Source of the DNA: Polyangiales bacterium
GTDB taxonomy: Bacteria > Myxococcota_A > Polyangia > Polyangiales > Polyangiaceae
NCBI GenBank assembly: GCA_038231275.1
Contig: JBBRLQ010000004.1
Coordinates: 32,001 to 96,000 of the forward strand
Length of the DNA: 64,000 nucleotides
Reading direction: 5' to 3'
Positions 50,925 through 59,568 of the stretch are shown here, piece by piece. The notes under the pieces are model-generated. The model made no database searches, was not told the DNA's origin, and saw only the letters and a list, made by a program, of their open reading frames with translations. The position numbers were made by a program, and so were the translations under genes. How positions within the stretch are numbered: the first letter of the stretch is position 1; every line of letters begins with the position of its first letter.

Positions 50925-51770
50925 CTATTTCTCGATCACGCGAACATCGCCGCTGAACGTCCGAAGTACCACGGTCGGCGCGCTCGTCGTGGTCGTCCCT
51001 GCGTCGCCGGGCGACGATTTCACCTCGACGCGGCCGCGCGAGCGCGCGTCCACGGCGAGCGGCGTTCCCTTCGGGACGGTCAACGTGATGCCGCCGGAGT
51101 GCGATCGCAGCTCGAAGGGGCCGTCGCCCACGACCTTCCCTTCGGCCTCGACGGCGCCGGAGACGCTCCGCAGCTCGAGGCGCTCGAAGGTGGACGCCTT
51201 GACGCCGATCGGCGCGCCGACCGTCTTGGCGTAAATCCGGGGGGTCTTGCCTCGGCATTGGGCGCGGATCGCGCCGCCCACGCTCGTCGCGCGGACGTCG
51301 CAGACCGCCAGATCGAGATCAACGGTGCCGGAGACGGAGTCGGCTTCTACGTCCTTCGGCGCGCCCCGGACGTGTATGGCGCCGGCGACCGTGCGCACGC
51401 GGACGCTGCCGGTCACGTCGGCGACGGTCACCTCCCCGCCGATGGTTCGAACGTCGACGGCGCTGGCGGCGGGGACCGAGACTTCGATCGCGTCGCCGTC
51501 GCTCTGCGGGCCGGCGGTCACGCTGACGCGCGCGTGATCCTCGGTGACCTGGACGGAGAGGGCGCCGCCGCCGCTGACCTTCACCTCCGCGCGGCTCCAG
51601 GCGACGACGCGGACCGGCCGTCCGAACGCGCGGACGTGCACGGCTGCCGACGCCGACACCGCGATCGCGTGGACGGCGCTGGCGTCCGACGGTCCGTCGG
51701 CGCGCGCGGAGCCCGAAGCGCACGCGAACATCACACCGGCGACGAGCGCGGCAAGACGGTTCCGGCTCAT
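50925..51770 (-). CDS. secreted DUF4097 / putative-adhesin beta-strand repeat protein
   Basis: Signal peptide (ARA-D); repeats RTIGG, RTVAG, DSVSG, TSVGG, RSVSG, RSHSG and RTFSGDV. Confidence 0.8.
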   Translation of the reverse strand: MSRNRLAALVAGVMFACASGSARADGPSDASAVHAIAVSASAAVHVRAFGRPVRVVAWSRAEVKVSGGGALSVQVTEDHARVSVTAGPQSDGDAIEVSVPAASAVDVRTIGGEVTVADVTGSVRVRTVAGAIHVRGAPKDVEADSVSGTVDLDLAVCDVRATSVGGAIRAQCRGKTPRIYAKTVGAPIGVKASTFERLELRSVSGAVEAEGKVVGDGPFELRSHSGGITLTVPKGTPLAVDARSRGRVEVKSSPGDAGTTTTSAPTVVLRTFSGDVRVIEK

Positions 51771-52333
51771 CGCTCCACCCCGTCCGGCGACGACGGCAGC
51801 TCGGTGGCCGCGCGCAGCACGTCGAGCTTGTCCTCCAATGCGCGATCGAGATCGGCGCGGAGCTCGGCGTCGTTAGGTTGGACAACGAGCGCCGCGCGCA
51901 CGGCGCCGATCGCCTCGTCGAGGATGCGAACGTTCTCGTCCACGACGCGGAGTACGGACGGTGGCTCCTCCGCGCGGCGCGCCTCGAGCTCGGCGCGCAA
52001 CGTCGCAGCAGCCTCGTCGTACGCCGCCTCGTCGGGGAGCACCGCGGTCACCGCGCTCGGCGCCGGCGAGGCAAGCGGCGCGCTCACGCTCATGACCGCG
52101 CTCGGGCTCGCCCCCGCGTCGTGGTCCTCGCCGCGACGCGACACCAGCGCCACCGCGGCAGCCGACGCGATCGCCACCACGAACGCCGTCGCGACCAGAA
52201 CGTTCGGCCGGCGCGCGCGCTTCTCTCTCGCGACGATCCGCGCGTCGATGTCCGGCCACAGATCACGCGGCGGCGCGATCTCGCGCGGAAGACCCTTCAC
52301 GCGCTCGTCGAGGTCGCGCTTCGGCTCATCCAT
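51767..52333 (-). CDS. putative membrane-anchored anti-sigma factor
   Basis: LPREIAPPRDLWPDIDARI, one TM helix and a helical C-terminal domain; overlaps the sigma factor 3' end. Confidence 0.7.
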   Translation of the reverse strand: MDEPKRDLDERVKGLPREIAPPRDLWPDIDARIVAREKRARRPNVLVATAFVVAIASAAAVALVSRRGEDHDAGASPSAVMSVSAPLASPAPSAVTAVLPDEAAYDEAAATLRAELEARRAEEPPSVLRVVDENVRILDEAIGAVRAALVVQPNDAELRADLDRALEDKLDVLRAATELPSSPDGVER

Positions 52334-52877
52334 CGAGCACCTCCCGAAGGAGCGCCTTCGCGTGGAAGAGGTGCGCGCGGCTCGTCGCCTCCGTGCAGCC
52401 CATCATGTCGGCGATTTCGGCGTGCGCGTAGCCTTCGATCGCGGCGAGCACGAAGACGATCCGCGCCGCCTCGGGGAGCCGGCGGATGCCGCGTTCGAGA
52501 TCGACGGCGGCGTCCGGCCTCGCCTCGCGCGCGGTCGCGCCGCCCTCGACGTCGGCGGTCGGCTCGACCCTGCGGAGGCGTCGGGAGGTGGTTCGGTGGT
52601 GCATCATCACCTGCCGCACGGCGATCCTATGGAGCCACGCCGAGAGGGGACACTCCTCGCGGAACTCGGCGAGCTTGTCCCACGCGCGCACGAAGACGTC
52701 TTGGGTGATCGCGTCGGCGTCGGCCGGTTGCCCCGCCGTCCGCAAGCACAGCGCGTACACCCGACCGACGTGCTCGCGATAGAGCGCCGCAAACGCGGTC
52801 TTGTCCCCTGCCTGCGCCGCGCGCACGCGCGGATCTCGAACCGCGTCCTCGTCGGGCAAGGTGGACGTTTCCGCCAT
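52326..52877 (-). CDS. ECF RNA polymerase sigma-70 factor
   Basis: AQAGDKTAFAALY, DAITQDVFVRAW, AWLHRIA and LPEAARIVFVL..IEGY.H.EIADMMG. Confidence 0.93.
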   Translation of the reverse strand: MAETSTLPDEDAVRDPRVRAAQAGDKTAFAALYREHVGRVYALCLRTAGQPADADAITQDVFVRAWDKLAEFREECPLSAWLHRIAVRQVMMHHRTTSRRLRRVEPTADVEGGATAREARPDAAVDLERGIRRLPEAARIVFVLAAIEGYAHAEIADMMGCTEATSRAHLFHAKALLREVLDG

Positions 52878-52922
52878 GGAGGGGTGGAGGGGGAGCGCTA
52901 TCACGGCCGCTTCTTTCTAGGG

Positions 52923-52977
52923 GATGCCGGTGGGCAGGCGAACGTTTAACTTAAACGTCCGCCGCGCGGGCGGCATC
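52923..52977. promoter_or_regulatory. back-to-back divergent ECF-type promoters
   Basis: TTAAAC-N16-GCATC on both strands around the palindrome ACGTTTAA-C-TTAAACGT. Confidence 0.75.
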
Positions 52978-52986
52978 TCCTACGCG

Positions 52987-53640
52987 ATGGCGCACGCGAT
53001 CCGCTCGTTCTTCGGCGCCAGCCTCGGCGCCATGCTGCTCACGAGCCTGCCCGCGTGCGGAGGCGCGCCCAAGTCGGCCCTATCGAGGACATCCGCGCCG
53101 ACGAGCCGGGCCGCGCCGGAGGGGGCCACCTTCGACGTCACCGCGGACAAGGCCTTCGTCTGGAAGGGAGACGCGGGCTTGCGGCTCGAGATCGAGAACG
53201 TGAACGGGAGCATCGAGGCGACCTCCACTCAGGAGCGCGAGGTCGAGATCGTCGCGCGCCTTCGCGACGGCGATGGCCATGGCGCCGGCATCGTCATCAC
53301 GAAGGAATCGGACGGCCTGAAAGTCCGCGTCCGGCCGGCGCGCTCACACGCGCGCGAGTGGGAGGGCGAGTGGAAGGGGGAATGCGAGAGCGAGGATCGT
53401 CACAGCTCCGGCCGCGCGGGGACGGTGAACCTGATCGTCCGCGTTCCCGAAGGGCTCCCCCTCGCCCTTCGCACGGTCAACGGGCGCATCCACGTGCGAG
53501 GCATCGGCGGCCCTGTCGAGGCCGACGCGTCGAACGGGCAGGTGCTCCTCGAGGGTGTGCGAGACGCGCACGCCTCGACGGTCAACGGCCAGGTGCTGTC
53601 GCTCGGCCCTACGGCAACTCTCCGACGCCGAGGTAGGTGA
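52987..53640 (+). CDS. lipoprotein with DUF4097-like beta-strand repeats (possibly 3'-truncated)
   Basis: Lipobox LPAC; ENVNGSI, RTVNGRI, DASNGQV and STVNGQV repeats. The 3' end overlaps the convergent gene by 32 nt. Confidence 0.72.
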   Translation: MAHAIRSFFGASLGAMLLTSLPACGGAPKSALSRTSAPTSRAAPEGATFDVTADKAFVWKGDAGLRLEIENVNGSIEATSTQEREVEIVARLRDGDGHGAGIVITKESDGLKVRVRPARSHAREWEGEWKGECESEDRHSSGRAGTVNLIVRVPEGLPLALRTVNGRIHVRGIGGPVEADASNGQVLLEGVRDAHASTVNGQVLSLGPTATLRRRGR

Positions 53641-54952
53641 GGCTCGACATCCCGGGCACCGGGTACGGTCCGCTGAAGACGCCGTTCGTGTAGTGCAACA
53701 CGCTCACGCCTGCGCCCTCTTGCGCGTAGGCAATGACCGCGTCGGCGCCGGCGCACTTGGCAGGCACGGCGACCGGCGTGGCCGCGAGGGTCGGGTTGGC
53801 GCCCGTGACGAGCTCGGCGGGCGGGCTCCACGGCGTCACCTTCGTCGGATCGAAAATCGAGTAGAAGCCCTGCTTGCTGACGGCGCGCCAGATCGCCATC
53901 GCCTTACCACCCGGCAGCGCGACTACGGTAGGCGTGTCGTTCGTCTGCGCGGTGTCGTTCACGAGCACCGATGTGTTCCACGTCTTGTTCGACGACTCGC
54001 GCGTCACCGAGTGGAGCGCCAGATCGCTCCCGGTAAAGACGGCCAGCAGGTCCTTGACGCCGCCGTTCATCGCCGTCATCGCGGGCGGGGCGGCGTAGGC
54101 CGTGCTCAGGATCTTGTTCGGCGCCGCGAAGCCCGAACCGGAGCTCAGCGCCCTGTTGAGCGAGCTGTCCGAGCCGGTGAACGCGTAGACGAGCGAGCTG
54201 CCGACCGAGGCGAGCGCAGGCGCGCTCTTGCCGGGGATCGCGCTGCCGCCCGTGGGCTCGGCGAGCGTGTTGGCGGCATCCCATCCGCCCGCGTAGGTGC
54301 CGGCGTAGAAGAGTCCGTCGAGGCCGAGGTAGACGACATGCGCCTGCGTGCCCGTCGCAGTGAGGCTCGGCGGACCGGACGTCGACTGGAAGCTGACCGG
54401 CGCCGACCACGTCACCTCGTACTTCGCGCCGACGAGGCTGCTCAGCTTGCCCATCCACACCGCGAGGAGGCTCGTTCCGACGACAGAGATCTGCGCGTTG
54501 CTGCGCATGCCGGGGCCGGTGCTCTTGCCGACCTCGAACGCGCCGCTGCCCCGGTAGATCGCCGCGTAGGTGTCGGAGGATTGATCGCTGCCGCCGAGGA
54601 GCGCGAGCTTGCCGGAGCACTTGGCGTCGAGCGGGAGCGCGCCGGTGTCGGGGACCGGACCGGAGTCGACCGGCGTGATGCCTCCGTCTTCGGGCGGCGG
54701 CGTCGTCCCCGAGTCGCCCTCGGGCGGGATCTCTTGGCCGTCGGGACAGGGCTGGCAGAGGTCGAAGGACTTGCCGTCAGCCTTGCAAAGCTTGGTGCCT
54801 TCGTCGCGGTTCGCGCAGCGGCAATAGACGTATGCGCCGGGCGTGCAGAGCTTGTCGTCGGCGGCCGGCTTCGCGGAGCAACCCCCGCCGAGCACGACCG
54901 AAATCAGCGATGCAGAAAGCATGGCCGCCGAAGCCCACAATCCTCTTCGCAT
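53609..54952 (-). CDS. lipoprotein with Cys-rich N-terminal module and beta-propeller-like repeats
   Basis: Lipobox GGGC; CTPG...CRC...GTKLC module, DSG/DGG linker and about 45-aa repeats containing P.APAL/AM. Confidence 0.7.
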   Translation of the reverse strand: MRRGLWASAAMLSASLISVVLGGGCSAKPAADDKLCTPGAYVYCRCANRDEGTKLCKADGKSFDLCQPCPDGQEIPPEGDSGTTPPPEDGGITPVDSGPVPDTGALPLDAKCSGKLALLGGSDQSSDTYAAIYRGSGAFEVGKSTGPGMRSNAQISVVGTSLLAVWMGKLSSLVGAKYEVTWSAPVSFQSTSGPPSLTATGTQAHVVYLGLDGLFYAGTYAGGWDAANTLAEPTGGSAIPGKSAPALASVGSSLVYAFTGSDSSLNRALSSGSGFAAPNKILSTAYAAPPAMTAMNGGVKDLLAVFTGSDLALHSVTRESSNKTWNTSVLVNDTAQTNDTPTVVALPGGKAMAIWRAVSKQGFYSIFDPTKVTPWSPPAELVTGANPTLAATPVAVPAKCAGADAVIAYAQEGAGVSVLHYTNGVFSGPYPVPGMSSLTYLGVGELP

Positions 54953-55012
54953 GACGTCCTCCAAAGCTCAGCCGAAGTTGTGTGCCCTGATGTAGGAGCA
55001 CGACCTACCTTT

Positions 55013-55040
55013 AGCAACGATTGTGCCGTGATTTCACGGC
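55013..55040 (-). promoter_or_regulatory. sigma54 (-24/-12) promoter with overlapping palindrome
   Basis: Minus strand CGGCAC-AATCG-TTGCT about 60 nt upstream of ATG 54952; perfect inverted repeat GCCGTGA-TT-TCACGGC at 55025-55040. Confidence 0.6.
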
Positions 55041-55201
55041 CGCTCTGACTGGATAACTACTGGAGATGTGGACGGTTCGCCCCACCTTGACCCGCGACCT
55101 GGAGCGCCGCTCCCCCACCCGTCCGATCCACGAAAGAAGCCTCCTCGCGAGGGCTCGCGGGCGCTAGTCGCCGCTCGCGAGAGCGACTAGAACAGCGCCC
55201 G

Positions 55202-57850
55202 ATGTCGACGCCGAATCCGCCGAACACCCCGCCGACCAGCGGCCACAACCAGAAGGTGCCCGTCTCGATCCAGGACGAGATGAGGACGAGCTACCTCGAC
55301 TACGCGATGAGCGTCATCATCGGGCGCGCCATCCCCGACGTGCGCGACGGGCTGAAGCCCGTTCACCGGCGCATCCTCTACTCGGCGTACGAGCTCGGTC
55401 TCGTCCCCGGCGGCGCACACCGCAAGAGCGCCACGATCGTCGGCGACGTGCTCGGCAAGTACCACCCGCACGGCGACGCAAGCGTATACGACGCGATGGT
55501 CCGCCTCGCGCAAGACTTCTCGATGCGCTACCCGCTCATCGACGGCCAAGGGAACTTCGGCTCGGTCGACGGCGATCCGGCGGCCGCGTACCGCTACACC
55601 GAGGCACGCCTCTCGCGCATGGCGATCGAGCTCCTCACGGATCTCGACAAGGAGTGCGTCGACACCCAGGCCAACTTCGACGACCGGCTGCAAGAGCCGA
55701 TGGTCCTTCCGGCGAAGTATCCGAACCTGCTCGTCAACGGCTCGGGCGGCATCGCGGTCGGCATGGCGACGAACATCCCGCCGCACAACTTGGGCGAGGT
55801 CATCGAAGCCACGGTGCACCTGATCCGAAATCCGGACTGCACGATCGACGACGTGATGCGCCTCATCCCGGGCCCGGATTTCCCGACCGCCGCCCTCCTC
55901 TTCGGGCGCAGCGGCATCGAGGCCGCGCAGCGAACAGGACGCGGCACGCTCATCATGCGCGCGCGCATCGACGTCGAGAAGATCCCCGGCAAGGGCGAGC
56001 GCGAGCAGCTCGTCGTGACCGAGATCCCGTACCAGGTGAACAAGGCGCGCGTGCACGCCAAGCTCGGCGAGCTCATGCGCGAGAAGAAGATCGAGGGCAT
56101 CAGCGAGGTCCGCGACGAGAGCGATCGCGACGGCATGCGCCTCGTCATCGAGATGAAGAAGGACGCGATCCCGCAGGTGGTCGTGAACCAGCTCTATCGA
56201 ATGACCGATCTGCAGTCGACGTTCGGTGTCATCAACCTCGCCATCGTCCACGGCCGCCCGCAGGTGTTGAACCTCCGCGAGACGTTGTCGTGCTTCGTCG
56301 AGCACCGGCGCGACGTCGTCTCGCGCCGCACGCGCTTCGAGCTCCGCCAGGCCGAAGCGCAGCGCGAGATCATCGAAGGCCTCGGCATGGCCACGACCGA
56401 GGTCGATCTCGTCGTGAAGACGATCCGCTCGTCGCGCGACTCCGATGAAGCCAAGACCGCGCTCATGGCGCTACCGCTGAAAGGCCTCGAAGCGTTCCTC
56501 GTCCGCGCGGGCCGTCCTGTGTCCGAGATCGAAGAGGGCAAAAAGCGGGGCGACTACTTCCTCTCCGAGCGCCAGGCCAAGGCCATCCTCGAGATGCGTC
56601 TGTCGCGCCTCACCGGCCTCGAGCAGGAGAAGCTCGCGAAGGAGTACGGCGAGCTGTCGGACGAGATCGCTCGGTTGCGTGCGATCTTGGCCGACGTGAA
56701 GCTCCTCATGAACGTCATCATCATGGAGCTCGAGGAGATCAAGCAGAAGTACGCCGACAAGCGCCGCACCGAGATCGTGGCCAACGAGGCGGAGATCACC
56801 GACGAGGACCTCATCCAAGAAGAGGACATGATCGTCACGATCTCGCACGCCGGCTACATCAAGCGGACGAGCCCCGGCCAGTACCGCGCGCAGAAGCGCG
56901 GCGGGCGCGGGAAGATCGGCATGGAAGCGCGCGAAGAGGACTGGGTGACGCAGCTCTTCGTCGCCAGCACGCACGCGTACGTCTTCATCTTCAGCGACAA
57001 GGGGAAGGTGTACGTCAAGAAGGTGTACGAGGTGCCGCTGGCGCCGCGCACCGCGAAGGGGCGCGCGATCGTGAACCTCGTCGGCATGGAGCCGGGCGAG
57101 AAGGTCGCCGCGATCGTCGCGGTGCCGAAGATCGCCCCCGATCAGTACGTCGTCACGCTCACGCGGCGCGGACAGATCAAGAAGACCGAGGTCACCGACT
57201 ACGAGAACTTCCGCGAGAAGGGCATCATCGGCGTCAAGGTCGAGGAAAACGATCAGCTCCTCGCCGCCGTGCTCACCGACGGACAGCGCGAGTTCATCAT
57301 CGCCACCAAGATGGGGATGAGCATCCGCTTCAAGGAGGACCAGGTCCGCGTCATGGGGCGCGCCACGATGGGCGTGAAGGCCATCGAGGTCGGCGACGAC
57401 GACGCGGTCGTGGGTCTCGCGGTGACCGATCCGGAGCGCGCGCACGTCCTCGCGGTGTGCGAGAAGGGCTACGGCAAGCGAACCCACATCGACGAGTTCC
57501 GCGCGCAGAACCGCGGCGGCAAGGGCATCATCCTCATCGACGCGAGCGAGCGGAACGGACCCGTCGTGGACGTGCGCCTCGTGAAGGACGGCGACGAGGT
57601 CATGCTCATCACCGATCGCGGCCAGACGCTACGCACGCGCGTGGACGAGATCCGCGAGACGGGCCGCAACGCGCAGGGCGTGAAGCTCATGACGATCGAG
57701 GGCGAGGAGCGCATCGTTGCGCTCGAGCGCCTCGCCGAGACCGTCGAGGACGACGTTGCAGGCGGCGGCGGGACCGGCGAGTCGGTGCCGCCCGAGGGAG
57801 GCTCGATCCCCCCGCAGAGCATTCCGCCCGAGCCCGGCGATTTGAACTGA
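55202..57850 (+). CDS. gyrA: DNA gyrase subunit A
   Basis: [22 protein letters not shown], GyrA box QKRGGRG and an acidic C-terminal tail. Confidence 0.97.
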   Translation: MSTPNPPNTPPTSGHNQKVPVSIQDEMRTSYLDYAMSVIIGRAIPDVRDGLKPVHRRILYSAYELGLVPGGAHRKSATIVGDVLGKYHPHGDASVYDAMVRLAQDFSMRYPLIDGQGNFGSVDGDPAAAYRYTEARLSRMAIELLTDLDKECVDTQANFDDRLQEPMVLPAKYPNLLVNGSGGIAVGMATNIPPHNLGEVIEATVHLIRNPDCTIDDVMRLIPGPDFPTAALLFGRSGIEAAQRTGRGTLIMRARIDVEKIPGKGEREQLVVTEIPYQVNKARVHAKLGELMREKKIEGISEVRDESDRDGMRLVIEMKKDAIPQVVVNQLYRMTDLQSTFGVINLAIVHGRPQVLNLRETLSCFVEHRRDVVSRRTRFELRQAEAQREIIEGLGMATTEVDLVVKTIRSSRDSDEAKTALMALPLKGLEAFLVRAGRPVSEIEEGKKRGDYFLSERQAKAILEMRLSRLTGLEQEKLAKEYGELSDEIARLRAILADVKLLMNVIIMELEEIKQKYADKRRTEIVANEAEITDEDLIQEEDMIVTISHAGYIKRTSPGQYRAQKRGGRGKIGMEAREEDWVTQLFVASTHAYVFIFSDKGKVYVKKVYEVPLAPRTAKGRAIVNLVGMEPGEKVAAIVAVPKIAPDQYVVTLTRRGQIKKTEVTDYENFREKGIIGVKVEENDQLLAAVLTDGQREFIIATKMGMSIRFKEDQVRVMGRATMGVKAIEVGDDDAVVGLAVTDPERAHVLAVCEKGYGKRTHIDEFRAQNRGGKGIILIDASERNGPVVDVRLVKDGDEVMLITDRGQTLRTRVDEIRETGRNAQGVKLMTIEGEERIVALERLAETVEDDVAGGGGTGESVPPEGGSIPPQSIPPEPGDLN

Positions 57851-57853
57851 GCG

Positions 57854-58552
57854 ATGCCGCGCTGGAAGAAGCCCGAGCCGGCGGCGGTGCGGACCACCTT
57901 CGCCGGCCTGCGCAAGCTCCACCCCGACGCGCACTGCGAGCTCGATCACGCGACGCCGTTCCAGCTCCTCGTCGCGACGGTGCTGAGCGCGCAGACGACC
58001 GACGTGGCGGTCAACAAGGTCACCCCTGCCCTGTTCGCCAAGTACCCGACGGCCGAAGCGCTCGCCGCCGGGACGCCCGAAGACGTGCAGCCGCTCCTGT
58101 CGTCGATCGGGATGTTTCGGCAGAAGACGAAGAACGTCCTGGGCCTGTCGCGCCTCCTCGTGGAGAAGCACCGAGGAGAGGTCCCGCGCACGCTGGCGGA
58201 GCTCGTCGAGCTGCCTGGCGTCGGCCGCAAGACGGCGAACGTGGTGCTCGGCGTCGCGTTCGGGACCCCCGAGGGGGTCGTCGTCTACACGCACGTCATG
58301 CGGATCTCGCAGCGCCTCGGCTGGACGAAGAACGACGACGCGGAGTCCATCGAGAAGGATCTCTGCGCGCTCCTTCCGCGCGATGACTGGGACGCCGTGA
58401 GCCACACGCTCATCTTCCATGGCCGGCGGATCTGCTTCGCGCGAAAGCCCAATTGCGACGGCTGCGGTGCGCGGCGCCGCTGCCCGAGCGCGGGAAACGC
58501 CGAGAACGTCGGGCGAAAACCGCCGCGCGCCCGGCGGCTGAACCGCGCCTAA
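57854..58552 (+). CDS. nth: endonuclease III (HhH-GPD DNA glycosylase); catalytic Asp reads as Tyr
   Basis: LLVATVLSAQTTD, HhH LPGVGRKTANVV and the C-x6-C-x2-C-x5-C FeS motif; VYTHV in place of VDTHV. Confidence 0.92.
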   Translation: MPRWKKPEPAAVRTTFAGLRKLHPDAHCELDHATPFQLLVATVLSAQTTDVAVNKVTPALFAKYPTAEALAAGTPEDVQPLLSSIGMFRQKTKNVLGLSRLLVEKHRGEVPRTLAELVELPGVGRKTANVVLGVAFGTPEGVVVYTHVMRISQRLGWTKNDDAESIEKDLCALLPRDDWDAVSHTLIFHGRRICFARKPNCDGCGARRRCPSAGNAENVGRKPPRARRLNRA

Positions 58553-59568
58553 CCGCGGCCGCGGAAGCGCGCGACGAGCTGCTCGCTCGCCGTGTACGGG
58601 TCCACGCGCTTCTCGGCGACGTCTCGGACCGCGGCACGCATCTCCTCTCGAAGGTCGTGGGCGGCGGCGTCGATCAAAGCCTCGCGCAGCGACTCGCGGA
58701 TCTCCTCGCCGAGACGCTCGGTGCGGCGCGCGCGGCCGGCGTCGGTGCCGGCGAGCCAAGCGTGATGCGCGCCCAAGCCGACGACGAGCTCCTTGACCCC
58801 TTCGCCGCGCGTCGCGACGCAGCGAAAGATGGGCGGCGTCCACGTCGCGCCGTCATTGGCGGTGCTCCCGAGGCCGGCGGTCTCGCCGTGGACCACATGG
58901 CCCTTGGCCTTGCCCATCTTGATCATCGTGTCCTTGCCGAGCGCGATCATGAGCTCGACGTCCCGGACCGTGGCGTCGGCGCCGTCGCGATCGGCCTTGT
59001 TGACGGCGAACACGTCGGCGCTCTCCATGATGCCGGCCTTGAGCGCCTGGACGTCGTCTCCCATGCCGGGGGCCATGACGACGAGCGTGGTGTGGGCCGT
59101 GCGCGTGATCTCGAGCTCGTCCTGGCCGACGCCGACGGTCTCGACGATCACGACGTCGGCGCCCCACGCATCCATGACCCGAACCATGTCGCGCGCAGAG
59201 CGCGAGAGCCCGCCCATGTGCCCGCGCGTCGCGACGGAGCGGATGAAGACGCGCGGATCGGTGGCGTGGCGCTGCATGCGGATGCGATCGCCCAAGATGG
59301 CGCCGCCCGAGTAGGGGCTGGAAGGATCGACCGCGATGACCGCCACCTTGGCGTCGGTCGCGCGGTACTCCTGGATGAGGCGATCGGTCAGCGTGGATTT
59401 TCCCGCGCCCGGATTGCCGGTGACGCCGACGACGAACGCGCGGCCGGTGCTCGGGAACAGCGCTTTCAGCGCCTCCGCGTAGCCGGGCAGCCGATCGTCG
59501 ACGACGCGCAGGACCCGGGCGCAGGCCCTCGCGTCCCCCTCGAGGACGCGCTTCGCGAGCTCCATCAT
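58549..59568 (-). CDS. meaB: methylmalonyl-CoA mutase-associated GTPase MeaB
   Basis: GVTGNPGAGKST, AVDPSSPYSGGAILGDRIRM, ETVGVGQ and VNKAD. Confidence 0.95.
   Translation of the reverse strand: MMELAKRVLEGDARACARVLRVVDDRLPGYAEALKALFPSTGRAFVVGVTGNPGAGKSTLTDRLIQEYRATDAKVAVIAVDPSSPYSGGAILGDRIRMQRHATDPRVFIRSVATRGHMGGLSRSARDMVRVMDAWGADVVIVETVGVGQDELEITRTAHTTLVVMAPGMGDDVQALKAGIMESADVFAVNKADRDGADATVRDVELMIALGKDTMIKMGKAKGHVVHGETAGLGSTANDGATWTPPIFRCVATRGEGVKELVVGLGAHHAWLAGTDAGRARRTERLGEEIRESLREALIDAAAHDLREEMRAAVRDVAEKRVDPYTASEQLVARFRGRG

Noticed and set aside
55164-55190. Hairpin CTAGTCGC...GCGACTAG in the gyrA leader
   Set aside because: A single 8-bp stem in GC-rich DNA with no further evidence of function.
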